Source: a virus (taxonomy: Duplodnaviria > Caudoviricetes). From it: 29,107 nucleotides of DNA. The stretch covers positions 1 to 29,107 of IMG/VR virus record IMGVR_UViG_3300037467_001726; one strand, 5' to 3'. Numbering within the stretch: the first letter of the stretch is position 1; each line of letters begins with the position of its first letter. A program made the translations under genes and the position numbers. Shown piece by piece: positions 16,407 through 25,068 of the stretch. Below the pieces are notes generated by a model. That model did no database searches, was not told where the DNA came from, and saw only the letters and a list, made by a program, of their open reading frames with translations.

Positions 16407-17368
16407 GCGGCGAGTCCTTGTTCCATGAGGGCCAAGCGCGCCTCGATCCGGGCGCGGGCGTAGGGTTTGATTTCGACGAACTCGGCGTCCGTCTGCTCGC
16501 CGCCGGGGCCGGGCCAACGGTTGGTCTCAAGGCAAGCGGCGAACACGCGCAGCGCGGCGCGGATCTGCCGCTCGCCAAGCTCGAGGTCGTGCGGCTTGAG
16601 GGTCTTCGCCCGGACGCAGAACGGCGGGGCTTTCTCCACGAACAGGAGCGTGAAGCTGGTCATTTCGACGCCGAGCACTTCACGCGCGCCCATGCCGACG
16701 AGTGCGCCTTGCATGTTCAGGCCGTAGTCGCCCACCGCCCGCTCGATGCCGTCGTCCGTAATGTCGGCCGCGGTCTTCAGGTCGGCGAAGTCGACAGAGC
16801 CGTCCGGGATCGCGTCGGGGCGGATCTTCAGCCAAATGCCGGTTTCCCGGTCGCGCCACACTATCGAGTGCTCAATCAGGCCGTTGAGGATGCCGGCCCG
16901 CACCAGCGGCTCGCCGGCCAGGCTCTCGGCCATGCCCCGAATGGCTTCGATCTGGGCCATGGTGAGCAGAGTCTTGTGGCCGTTGGCCTGCTCGAACTCC
17001 CGCCACCAACGGATCTGTTCGACAGTCGCCGGGCTCGGCTTCGCGGCGCCGAGTTGGGCCGAGGTCGGGCGCCGGGGCGCGTCTTCCGGCAGGACCGCGA
17101 ACACGTCACGGAACCCGGCCTCGCCGAGCAACAGGTGATGGGCGGCGCGGCCGAAGGTCAGCGCTTCGCTCTCAGCCTGCTCGACCCGCTTCGGGTTCAG
17201 CGACGAGCTCACCCAGTAGTGGGCCGGGCTCTTGCTGAAGATGGTCCGCAGGCCGGTGGAGCTGATGCTCGGGCCGGCGCACGGCTGGCCGTGATACTCG
17301 GTGATCGGGAGATCGGCGTAGATGCCGGCCCGCGCGATCTTCGCCCCGTCCCAACGAAGGATGCTCAC
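16403..17368 (-). CDS. RecE/exonuclease VIII-like PD-(D/E)XK nuclease (DUF3799)
   Basis: EYH..ISSTGL..SPAHY; FGRAAH; KIRPD..DLKT; FVEK. Confidence 0.88.
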   Translation of the reverse strand: MSILRWDGAKIARAGIYADLPITEYHGQPCAGPSISSTGLRTIFSKSPAHYWVSSSLNPKRVEQAESEALTFGRAAHHLLLGEAGFRDVFAVLPEDAPRRPTSAQLGAAKPSPATVEQIRWWREFEQANGHKTLLTMAQIEAIRGMAESLAGEPLVRAGILNGLIEHSIVWRDRETGIWLKIRPDAIPDGSVDFADLKTAADITDDGIERAVGDYGLNMQGALVGMGAREVLGVEMTSFTLLFVEKAPPFCVRAKTLKPHDLELGERQIRAALRVFAACLETNRWPGPGGEQTDAEFVEIKPYARARIEARLALMEQGLAA

Positions 17369-17559
17369 GGCAGCACCGCCGCGAGGAAGTGGAACAGGGT
17401 CGCGACTGCGAAGACGACCGCGCCGGCCTGGAGCGCCATGAACCCGAGCCGGGCGCCCCAAGCGCCCCGGACCCGGAACATGCGGATGGAGCCGTGGGCG
17501 GGGGAGAAGTGCGCCCGGTCGCAGAAGGCCTCGGTCCCGGTGATGTGGTGGAGGCTCAT
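17365..17559 (-). CDS. Small membrane protein
   Basis: C-terminal TM; coupled. Confidence 0.55.
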   Translation of the reverse strand: MSLHHITGTEAFCDRAHFSPAHGSIRMFRVRGAWGARLGFMALQAGAVVFAVATLFHFLAAVLP

Positions 17560-17759
17560 CACGCGGCCCTCGCCAAATCGAGGTCGCTGTAGAGGGCCCT
17601 GCGGAACCGGGCCTCTGCCTTCTCGCGGGCGACACGGCGGAGCGTGCCGGGACCGGGGTCGTTGCCCGAGTAGCCGTTGATGCGGCGGCCGGGTTGACCG
17701 GCGAGCCACTGCAGGTAGGCGTTGCCGAAGAAGGCGGCTTTGTCGAAACGGCGACGCAT
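17559..17759 (-). CDS. Hypothetical protein (66 aa)
   Basis: GAGGAG RBS; coupled. Confidence 0.6.
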   Translation of the reverse strand: MRRRFDKAAFFGNAYLQWLAGQPGRRINGYSGNDPGPGTLRRVAREKAEARFRRALYSDLDLARAA

Positions 17760-17821
17760 AGGCGGACTCCTCTCGATGATGCGACCCGGCGGGCCGTCTG
17801 TTGGCGGTTGGTCTCGCGCTC

Positions 17822-18121
17822 TCAGCGTGCCCCCGAAGCGGCCAGCCCTGAGGAGGAGTCAGGACTGGCCGCCATTCCCTCGCCAGCCGGGGGGAGGTGG
17901 GCCGTACTGCTGGCCGCGGGCGAGGAAAGCGGTTTGCGCGGGGCGCGGAGCCGGAACAGTTGCCCGGTTTCCACGTCGCGGAGTTCGAGGAAGAAGCCTT
18001 CGCGGAGGCAGTCGCGGAGCTGCTTCCAGCCTCGGCGGAGGTCTTCGGGAGACCACAGCCCGGCCGCGGACTTCGACCGGGTTCCGTCGCTGTAGACGTA
18101 GGTCAGGGCGAAATCGGTCAT
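17822..18121 (-). CDS. Hypothetical protein; C-terminal tail overlaps RNA hairpins
   Basis: MTDFALTYVYSDG...; TGATG coupling. Confidence 0.55.
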   Translation of the reverse strand: MTDFALTYVYSDGTRSKSAAGLWSPEDLRRGWKQLRDCLREGFFLELRDVETGQLFRLRAPRKPLSSPAASSTAHLPPAGEGMAASPDSSSGLAASGAR

Positions 18122-18357
18122 CACGCCGCCCTCGCGTCGAGCGCGTTCCCAAGCCGGGTCCGCGCCATTTCGATGTCGTCGGCGTGGACGCCGATCAGGT
18201 GGAGCGGGGTGCGATCGGCGCAGAGCTTCTCGTGCTGAGCGCCGAACCACTCGTCCCACTTGGCGATGTGCCGGCGGCCTTCCTCGAGCGATTGCGCCCA
18301 GAACTGGCCGAGCAGAAAGTCGACCTTCGCGTTCAAGCGGGTGACGTTGTCGGTCAT
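18121..18357 (-). CDS. Hypothetical protein, first gene of the leftward early operon
   Basis: GAGGGAG RBS; downstream of PL/OL. Confidence 0.65.
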   Translation of the reverse strand: MTDNVTRLNAKVDFLLGQFWAQSLEEGRRHIAKWDEWFGAQHEKLCADRTPLHLIGVHADDIEMARTRLGNALDARAA

Positions 18358-18379
18358 GGTCCACACTCCCTCTTGCCCG

Positions 18380-18435
18380 CCTAGTTGTGCACTTCTGCAC
18401 ATAAACGGTCAAGCTAGTTCGTGCGTAACCGCACA
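18380..18435 (-). promoter_or_regulatory. PL promoter with two operators (OL)
   Basis: TGTGCA-CTTC-TGCACA (18386-18401) and CGTGCG-TAAC-CGCACA (18420-18435) flank a minus-strand TTGACC -35 (18412-18407). Confidence 0.8.
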
Positions 18436-18490
18436 ACCTAGGCCGCTTTCCCCTTTCGCGTTAAGGTTCTAGCGCCGGAGGAGAACGCTA

Positions 18491-18877
18491 ATGAGGGTTG
18501 CGCTATCCGTTGTGGCTGGGCTCGCGGCGATGCTCGCGACCACAGCTCGGGCCGAGGACCGGTTTGATCTCGTATGTACGGGCACGCGGTCGGTCGCCGG
18601 CGGGCCCGGCGCGCCGTGGGCCGCGCGCTATCGCGTCGACCTGGTCGAGGGCGTGTATTGCCGGGACGAGTGCAAGGCGGTCCCCCGGATCTTCGATGTC
18701 GGGCCCAGCGTGATCGTGTTCGCGCGCTCGGCCCCGGACGCCCCGGAATCCTTTTACGTGGAATGGGTGTCGCGGATGAACGGCACCTATTCGGCGACGG
18801 TCAATCCGACCCGAACCAAGGTTGAGGGTGCGTGCGCCACGGAGCCGTTCAGCGGCTTTCCGGCGGCGAAGTTCTGA
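18491..18877 (+). CDS. Secreted/periplasmic protein (moron-like)
   Basis: GGAGGAG RBS; signal peptide ending ARA; four Cys; convergent with cI. Confidence 0.8.
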   Translation: MRVALSVVAGLAAMLATTARAEDRFDLVCTGTRSVAGGPGAPWAARYRVDLVEGVYCRDECKAVPRIFDVGPSVIVFARSAPDAPESFYVEWVSRMNGTYSATVNPTRTKVEGACATEPFSGFPAAKF

Positions 18878-18880
18878 CGC

Positions 18881-19642
18881 CTAGCGGCGGAGCGGCTTGT
18901 AGCCGCCTATCACCAGGCCGACGACCCGGATGGTGTCGTCAGGACCGACCTCCACCGGTAGCGGGGCGTTGAACCGTTCGTCCGTCGAGTCGCCCACAAG
19001 TTGAGGAGGCTCGCCAGCTCGGATCAACACCCGCTTACAGGTGCGCTCGATTAAGCCGTCCTGTTCCTTGCGGCGCTCGACTATAACGAGGTCCCCGTGC
19101 GAGGGGCGATATCCGAGAGCGATTGTATCGACTACGTGTACGTACATTCCGTCTTCGAACACGCGGTTGACGGATGGGCCCCGAAGCAACTCGGCCCACT
19201 GAGGAAAGCCGGCATACTGCGGATCCTCCATCATCGGCACGGTGCCGAGAGGCTGATCCTGGATGAGATCCAGAGATTGCCACATACCCGCCGCCACAAT
19301 ACCTCTCACAGGGAGAGGACGAACCCCCACAACCTTAGGGAGCGCCTCCGCGGCGTTAGTTGTCAACTCCCGTGTGAGGGGAACGCCTAACGTTTGCGCG
19401 ATCCGCTGAAGAATGGCGAACTTTGGCGCGTATTTGTAATTGGGGTTGTTCACGGGCCGGCTGAGCGTCGTGTGCGACACTCCGACGCGATCGGCGATCT
19501 GATTAAGGCTAAGGCCCGTCACGTCAGAGACGTGCTTCAGATACGAGACGGCCGCCTCCCTGTAGGCCTGCATCCTGGCGTTTCGCTCCGCTTCCCTGTC
19601 AACAGGTGCGTAGCCCGCGCCGGACGGCTCGTCGTCGTGCAT
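18881..19642 (-). CDS. cI: CI-like repressor (HTH + S24 peptidase)
   Basis: LSLNQIADRVGVSHTTLSR HTH; VAAG cleavage site; GPS Ser and TCKR Lys; start uncertain (19642 or 19573). Confidence 0.9.
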   Translation of the reverse strand: MHDDEPSGAGYAPVDREAERNARMQAYREAAVSYLKHVSDVTGLSLNQIADRVGVSHTTLSRPVNNPNYKYAPKFAILQRIAQTLGVPLTRELTTNAAEALPKVVGVRPLPVRGIVAAGMWQSLDLIQDQPLGTVPMMEDPQYAGFPQWAELLRGPSVNRVFEDGMYVHVVDTIALGYRPSHGDLVIVERRKEQDGLIERTCKRVLIRAGEPPQLVGDSTDERFNAPLPVEVGPDDTIRVVGLVIGGYKPLRR

Positions 19643-19649
19643 TCCTGTC

Positions 19650-19680
19650 TTGCCATGTTGTGCAGTTCTGCACATATTAT
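19650..19680 (+). promoter_or_regulatory. PR promoter with operator (OR)
   Basis: TTGCCA...CATATTAT with TGTGCA-GTTC-TGCACA (19659-19674) in the spacer. Confidence 0.8.
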
Positions 19681-19688
19681 CTCTCGAC

Positions 19689-19895
19689 ATGGCCTTCTCC
19701 GACGAACTCAAATCGCTGACGGAAGCGCTCGAGCGGGCCCAGGTGCCCGTCGAAGCCGTGCTTTCTCGCACAGGAACTCACCGGATCACATGGGCCAGAT
19801 GGACCAAACGATCAACCAAAGCTCCGCGATACGAGAAGTGGACTAACTTCCGTGCGGTTGCGGAGGCCATGATCCAAGAGCGTCGTGCACAATGA
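19689..19895 (+). CDS. Cro-like protein, probably leaderless
   Basis: 68 aa, divergent from cI, HTH-like VEAVLSRTGTHRITWARW. Confidence 0.75.
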   Translation: MAFSDELKSLTEALERAQVPVEAVLSRTGTHRITWARWTKRSTKAPRYEKWTNFRAVAEAMIQERRAQ

Positions 19896-20380
19896 CGCTC
19901 TACTTCGCACAACCAACGAACGGCGGGCCGATCAAGGTCGGGCACACCGGGCGGGACGTCTCCAAGCGCATGGTCGTGCTCGGCGCGTGGATCCCTGGCG
20001 GTGTCGAGGTGATCGCCACCATCCCGGGCGGTCCCGAGCGCGAGGAGGCTCTCAAGTGGGTCCTGCGCCCGTACCGCCTTCAGGGTGAATGGGTTCGCTC
20101 CTGCGCTGACGTGTGGCGGGTCATCATCGAGGCCGTCGAAACCGGCGACCTCGCGTGGCTCCCGTCCGAGTTCCTCTCCGGGCAAGACATGGGTGCGGCG
20201 CTGAAGGGCGAGTTCGGCTCCCGCTCGGCCGGCGCTGTTGCGCTCGGATATTCGGCCGGCTCGCTCGGAACGCTGCTCGCCCCCTCCGCTGCGTCGGCGG
20301 GCCTCCAAGGACGGTTCGCGATCGAACAGGCGCGCCGCGCCGGTCGGCTTCCTGCGTTCCTGACGGGAGCGGGCGCATGA
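19892..20380 (+). CDS. GIY-YIG (T5orf172/MUG113-like) domain protein
   Basis: LYFAQ..GPIKVGHT..KRM..IPGG.ERE...RLQGEW. Confidence 0.78.
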   Translation: MTLYFAQPTNGGPIKVGHTGRDVSKRMVVLGAWIPGGVEVIATIPGGPEREEALKWVLRPYRLQGEWVRSCADVWRVIIEAVETGDLAWLPSEFLSGQDMGAALKGEFGSRSAGAVALGYSAGSLGTLLAPSAASAGLQGRFAIEQARRAGRLPAFLTGAGA

Positions 20381-20384
20381 CCGG

Positions 20385-20465
20385 TCACGCCCCCCGCACC
20401 ATGGCGAGCCGCAGCTCGATCTTCCTGCCGGTGATCCCGGTGAGCCAAGCGAAGAACCGTTTCAC
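20385..20465 (-). CDS. Putative 26-aa antisense peptide
   Basis: AAGGAGG 7 nt before GTG; MKRFFAWLTGITGRKIELRLAMVRGA. Confidence 0.4.
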   Translation of the reverse strand: MKRFFAWLTGITGRKIELRLAMVRGA

Positions 20466-20484
20466 GGCTGAACCTCCTTCGTTC

Positions 20485-20730
20485 TCAGATTTGAACCTGC
20501 GCGCCGCATGTGCCCCCCGAATGGCGCGCGACGGCCGGTCGGTGTGTCCCCTCCCGACCGGCCGCTCCTTCGCTGGGCCTGGGCAGGCGGCCCACGACAC
20601 CGGCCTTGACGGCGAACTTCGCCGCGGCTCGGCGGCAGGACTCGGCCATGTCCCCGGTGTGGAACTGAGCCTCGAGCAACAGGTCCCGGGCGGTGCGCCA
20701 GTCGCTCAGTCTGACAATCGCAGCGGCCAT
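20485..20730 (-). CDS. Hypothetical protein antisense to the early right operon
   Basis: GGAGG RBS 5 nt before ATG; IVRLSDWR motif. Confidence 0.5.
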   Translation of the reverse strand: MAAAIVRLSDWRTARDLLLEAQFHTGDMAESCRRAAAKFAVKAGVVGRLPRPSEGAAGREGTHRPAVARHSGGTCGAQVQI

Positions 20731-20813
20731 GTGGCCCTCCAGACAACTCCCATTGCCGAGAGCCTGAGCCTGTCGGGCCCGGTCGTCATTGAAACGGTTA
20801 AGGGGAACGAACC

Positions 20814-21263
20814 GTGACTCTTCGTGAACACGCCCGGCTGGCGCGCGAGCTCATCAATGCGTGTGGCGGCCTCGACGAGTGCGTCTCCAACTGCCGCGTC
20901 AGCAAGGCGAACCTGTCCCGCTACCAGAACCCGCATGAGGACTGCTTCATGCCGGCGGACGTAATCGCCGACCTGGAGACCTACTGCGGCCGGCCGATCT
21001 ACTCGGGCGCCCTGTTCGACCGGTTCGAGCAGCCGAAAGCTGCAGTCGGGGACCTGAAGGACGCTGCGTGCGCGCTCACCGAAGAGGTCGCGGACGTTCA
21101 GCGGCTCGCCCGCGAAGTCGTGGCGGACGGGAAGGTCACCCCGCGCGAGTCCGATCGGCTGGATGCGGAGATCCGCGAGGCCAAGGCCGCGCTCGCACGG
21201 CTCGAAGCCGCCCACCAGGCCGTCGAGGCCGCCCACCAACGTCCGGCCCTCAAGGCCGTCTGA
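20814..21263 (+). CDS. Phage regulatory CII-like protein
   Basis: ACGGLD..LSRYQNP..FMPADVIADLE..DGKVTPRE; position after cro. Confidence 0.7.
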   Translation: MTLREHARLARELINACGGLDECVSNCRVSKANLSRYQNPHEDCFMPADVIADLETYCGRPIYSGALFDRFEQPKAAVGDLKDAACALTEEVADVQRLAREVVADGKVTPRESDRLDAEIREAKAALARLEAAHQAVEAAHQRPALKAV

Positions 21264-21375
21264 CCCAGTACCGCCGAGCCCTGCCGCCAAGAGCGGGGCC
21301 GGCCAATCGAGACTGAGGCGCGGAGGCCCGCGGCGCCGAACACGGCGGGCAAGGCAACATCAGGGAGGGGCGCAC

Positions 21376-21714
21376 ATGGCCGCTCGTCTGCTCATTCACA
21401 CCGGGTTCGGGTGCTTCACCGCGACTACGGGTCTTCACGTTTGGGCCGGGGTCCACACGCACAACTGGGCGTGGGCTGCGGGCTCGGCCGTGGTCGGCCT
21501 GATCTCGGTCGGCCTGTGGCGAGAGGCACTGTCGTGGGTCTCCGACCGGAACGCCGAGACCAAGCGGGCCCGCGAGGTCGAGCACGCATGGTCCGAACTG
21601 TGCGCCATCCGCCGCCAGATCGCCGCGGCCAAGGCCGCGCACCGGCCCCGCAAAGACCTCTACGCCCGTCAAGAGGCGTGCATGAACATCATCCTGGCCG
21701 GGGGGCGGGCGTGA
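21376..21714 (+). CDS. Hypothetical membrane protein
   Basis: GGGAGG RBS; two hydrophobic segments. Confidence 0.6.
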   Translation: MAARLLIHTGFGCFTATTGLHVWAGVHTHNWAWAAGSAVVGLISVGLWREALSWVSDRNAETKRAREVEHAWSELCAIRRQIAAAKAAHRPRKDLYARQEACMNIILAGGRA

Positions 21715-21899
21715 TGTTCGACCTGCAGACGCAAGAGGCCGCCGCCCCCCGCGGCAAGCGCAAGGGGCGCAACGGCGACGGTCAATCGCTGGCGGGCTGG
21801 CCGTCCCTGTACGGCTCTGATGCGGAGCGGGATCGCCGGTTCGCGGACCGGGTCTGGGCCGAGGCTCAGCGGCTCGGCCTGACGCGGGAGGCCGCGTAA
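21714..21899 (+). CDS. Hypothetical protein (61 aa)
   Basis: TGATG/TAATG coupling. Confidence 0.6.
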   Translation: MFDLQTQEAAAPRGKRKGRNGDGQSLAGWPSLYGSDAERDRRFADRVWAEAQRLGLTREAA

Positions 21900-22612
21900 T
21901 GGCCCAGAACCATCGCTCCCACGGATCCGACGAGCGGGACGAGATGATCGTCCGTCTGCACGGTCAGGACTGCAGCACCCCGCAGATAGCCGAGCGAGTC
22001 GGCATGAGCGAGGGCGGGATCCGCTCGGCGCTGATCCGTCTCGGCTTGGCGACCGCCTGCGGTGCGCCGTCGAAGAAGTGGACCGCGGAACGGCTCACTG
22101 AACTGCGCGAGCTATGGTTGGCCGGCGTTTCGGCAAGCCAGATCGCCCGGAAGTTCGGCCGCCCGTTCACCCGGGGCTCCGTCATCGGCAAGGTCAACCG
22201 GCTCCGGCTCACCCGCTCGCCCGAAGCCGCAGCGATTGCGGCCCGCATCCACAGCCGGAAGCCGCCGCGCCGGCCCACGGCTCCCCCTGTCGAGAAGCCG
22301 AAGGGCAACAACCCCCTCGGTACCGCGCACCTCACGGACAAGGCGCCGTGCAAGCCGCTCCCGGCGCCCAAGGCCCCGGCGGTCGTGGTGGACGTCTCGA
22401 ACGCGAAGCCGTGGATCCAGCGCGGCCGGTTCGAATGCACCTGGATCGTTTCGGACGAGGGGACGGCGGACGCTCTCGCCTGCTGCAACCCGATCGCCCG
22501 CGGTTCCTGGTGCGCGGGGCACGCCAAGATCGGCCTCGTCCCCCGCTCAACCCGGTCCAACGACCCGGCCCATGAGCTGATCCGCTCCCTGCGTAGGTGG
22601 GCCGCGGCATGA
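21899..22612 (+). CDS. gcrA: GcrA-like cell-cycle regulator with extra N-terminal HTH
   Basis: WTAERLTELRELWLAGVSASQIA...TRGSVIGKVNRLRL; C-terminal CTW..C..WCAGH. Confidence 0.88.
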   Translation: MAQNHRSHGSDERDEMIVRLHGQDCSTPQIAERVGMSEGGIRSALIRLGLATACGAPSKKWTAERLTELRELWLAGVSASQIARKFGRPFTRGSVIGKVNRLRLTRSPEAAAIAARIHSRKPPRRPTAPPVEKPKGNNPLGTAHLTDKAPCKPLPAPKAPAVVVDVSNAKPWIQRGRFECTWIVSDEGTADALACCNPIARGSWCAGHAKIGLVPRSTRSNDPAHELIRSLRRWAAA

Positions 22613-23019
22613 ACGCCCACGTCAGCCTTTCCGAACTCGACCGCCTGCGCGCCGAGAACGTCCGCCTTCGGGACGAGGTCGCCGAGCTCAAGGCCGCCTA
22701 CGAGGGCGACACGGACGCGCGGGTTGAAGCGGTCTTTCGCAGCCACTTCGGTTTCACTAGGGCCGAGGCGTGGCTCCTGGCCCTGCTTTACCGGGCTAAC
22801 GGCCGGACCGTCTCAGCCGAGTTGATCGTGTCCGAAATCCCCGGGTTCGGCGGGCGCGTGCGCGACGACCGCGACCCGGTCGCCGTCAAGGTCCGCATCT
22901 GCCGGCTACGCAAGGTGCTGGGCCGCTCGGCCATCGAAAACGACTACGGGCGCGGCTACCGCCTGTCGACCGAGGTCCGCGCCCGGTGCTCGACCCTGCT
23001 CGCGGGAGTGCGCGCGTGA
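22609..23019 (+). CDS. OmpR/CtrA-type winged-helix DNA-binding protein without receiver domain
   Basis: FTRAEAWLLALL...VKVRICRLRKVL...IENDYGRGYRL. Confidence 0.85.
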   Translation: MNAHVSLSELDRLRAENVRLRDEVAELKAAYEGDTDARVEAVFRSHFGFTRAEAWLLALLYRANGRTVSAELIVSEIPGFGGRVRDDRDPVAVKVRICRLRKVLGRSAIENDYGRGYRLSTEVRARCSTLLAGVRA

Positions 23020-23315
23020 CCGACACCTACGTCACCAAGCACGCCCGACACCGGGTCCATGAGCGCACCGGCCTCCCGAAGCGGGCCGTCGCCCGCATGG
23101 TCGAGCGTGCGTTGGCTGAGGGCCTGACCCCGGAAACGGCGAACGGCGACCTTCGCGGCTATCTGCTCAGTCAACTCCACGGCCACAGGGAGACGCAGGG
23201 CCCGACCGCGGCGAATGCCGAGGTTCGCGCCTTCGCCGGCGCGTGCTTCATCTTCGCCGGGTCGACCCTCGTCACCTGCTGGCGGCTTCCTCGCGAATTG
23301 AGGGCCGCCGCATGA
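23016..23315 (+). CDS. Hypothetical protein
   Basis: VTKHARHRVHER motif; GTGA coupling. Confidence 0.65.
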   Translation: MTDTYVTKHARHRVHERTGLPKRAVARMVERALAEGLTPETANGDLRGYLLSQLHGHRETQGPTAANAEVRAFAGACFIFAGSTLVTCWRLPRELRAAA

Positions 23316-23563
23316 CCCGAGTCCGTCTTCAGTTCCGCGCGCCCAAGCTCCCGACGTCCGGCCAGTGTCCGCACGACGAGGCGGCCTGCCAGGCTGTCGT
23401 CTCCGCCGTGTTCGAAGGCCCCACGGTCCGGGAACGGCAGATCCGCGCCCGCAGGCTCGCCCAGTACACCGCGAAAGCCCTGTGCATCGTGTTCGGTGAA
23501 GACGAGGCGGCGACCCTGCTCGGGTCTCTGGCGGGCAAGGCGCAGAGGCGGGGGCGTCGATGA
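23312..23563 (+). CDS. Hypothetical protein
   Basis: ATGA coupling at both ends. Confidence 0.6.
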   Translation: MTRVRLQFRAPKLPTSGQCPHDEAACQAVVSAVFEGPTVRERQIRARRLAQYTAKALCIVFGEDEAATLLGSLAGKAQRRGRR

Positions 23564-25068
23564 CCCAGCCCGCCAACGTCACCCCGTTCCCGGGTCAACC
23601 CGACCCCGGCGCCGTGGCCCTGCCGCACAGCCTCGACAGCGAGCAAGCCCTCCTCGGCTCCCTACTGTTCGACAACGCCGGGTTCGAGCGCGTGCCCGAC
23701 GCCCTGCGCCCGCCGCACTTCTACCTCCCGGTCCATGCCCGGATCTTCGAAGTGGCCGAGGGCATGATCCGCCGGGGCGAACTGGCCGAGCCGTTCGCTG
23801 TGGCCTCTGTGCTCCAGCATGAGCCCGCTTTCCAGGAGGTGGGCGGGACCGGCTATCTCGCGCTCATGATCGACCGGGCGCAGGGTCCGGCGTTCGTCGC
23901 CGACTACGCCCGCGTGGTGATGAACTGCGCCCTGCGCCGGGACATCATCAGGGTCTCGAGCGACGCTGCGCGGTCGGCCCAGTACGACGGCGAGACCCCG
24001 GCTCGGGAGCAGATCGAAGCCGTCGAGGCCGAGCTCTACACCTTGGCCGAAACCGGCCAGCAGTCGGGCGGGGTGGTGTCGTTCTCGGACGCGGTCACGG
24101 GCGCCGTCCGCATGATCGGCGACGCCTTCGAACGGGAGGGCAAGCTCTCGGGCCTGTCGACCGGGCTGATCGACGTGGACGCCAAGCTCGGCGGCCTGCA
24201 CCCGTCTGACCTCCTCATCATCGCCGGGCGCCCGAGCATGGGGAAGACGGCGCTCGCCACGAACATCGCCTTCAACGTGGCTCGGGCCTACCGCTACGAG
24301 CAGCAGCCTGACGGGACCCGGCGCACGGTCGACGGCGGCCAAGTCCTGTTCTTCTCGCTCGAAATGTCCGAGGAGCAACTCGCCGCCCGTATCCTGGCCG
24401 ACGTGTCGGGCGTGTCCGGGGACAAGCTCCGGAAGGGCGAGATCGACCGCAGCGAATACGCCCGGGTCCGGGACGCCGCGGTCGAGATAGCCGAGTCCCC
24501 GCTCCACATCGACGCGACCGGCGCCCTGCGGTTGTCCAAGCTCGCCGCCCGCGCCCGCCGGCAGAAGCGCCGGACCGGCCTCGACCTGATCGTGGTGGAC
24601 TATCTGCAGCTCGTCACCTTGGACGGAGGCGGTAGCATCGCGCACCGGGTCCAAGAGGTCTCGGCCATCACTCAGGGCCTCAAGGCGCTGGCGAAGGAAC
24701 TGAACGTCCCGGTCATCGCCCTGTCGCAACTCAGCCGGCAGGTCGAGCAGCGCGAGGACAAGCGGCCCCAACTCTCCGACCTCCGCGAGTCCGGGTCGAT
24801 CGAGCAGGACGCCGACGTCGTCGCGTTCGTGTACCGCGAAGCCTACTACCTCGGCCGGGCCGAGCCGAAGGAAGACACCCCCGAACATCAGCAATGGCAA
24901 GACGAACTCGCCCAGGTGCGGGGCGTCGCTGATCTGATCATCGGCAAGCAGCGCCACGGCCCGATCGGGACCGTGCGCCTCTCCTTCAACGAAGACACCA
25001 CGCGGTTCGGCAACCTCGCCAAGAGCGAGGCCAGGTACGCCGCGCGCTATCCGTATGGGGAGGACTGA
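23560..25068 (+). CDS. dnaB: Replicative DNA helicase
   Basis: AGRPSMGKT, FSLEMS, VVDYLQL, LSQLSR, DLRESGSIEQDAD, KQRHGP. Confidence 0.97.
   Translation: MTQPANVTPFPGQPDPGAVALPHSLDSEQALLGSLLFDNAGFERVPDALRPPHFYLPVHARIFEVAEGMIRRGELAEPFAVASVLQHEPAFQEVGGTGYLALMIDRAQGPAFVADYARVVMNCALRRDIIRVSSDAARSAQYDGETPAREQIEAVEAELYTLAETGQQSGGVVSFSDAVTGAVRMIGDAFEREGKLSGLSTGLIDVDAKLGGLHPSDLLIIAGRPSMGKTALATNIAFNVARAYRYEQQPDGTRRTVDGGQVLFFSLEMSEEQLAARILADVSGVSGDKLRKGEIDRSEYARVRDAAVEIAESPLHIDATGALRLSKLAARARRQKRRTGLDLIVVDYLQLVTLDGGGSIAHRVQEVSAITQGLKALAKELNVPVIALSQLSRQVEQREDKRPQLSDLRESGSIEQDADVVAFVYREAYYLGRAEPKEDTPEHQQWQDELAQVRGVADLIIGKQRHGPIGTVRLSFNEDTTRFGNLAKSEARYAARYPYGED

Noticed and set aside
20113-20817. Plus-strand 234-aa ORF
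   Set aside because: Overlaps the GIY-YIG gene, lacks motifs; minus-strand ORFs have better RBSs (a shorter version from 20377 is not excluded)
21204-21239. Short duplication encoding EAAHQAVEAAHQ
   Set aside because: In-frame local duplication with no evident significance
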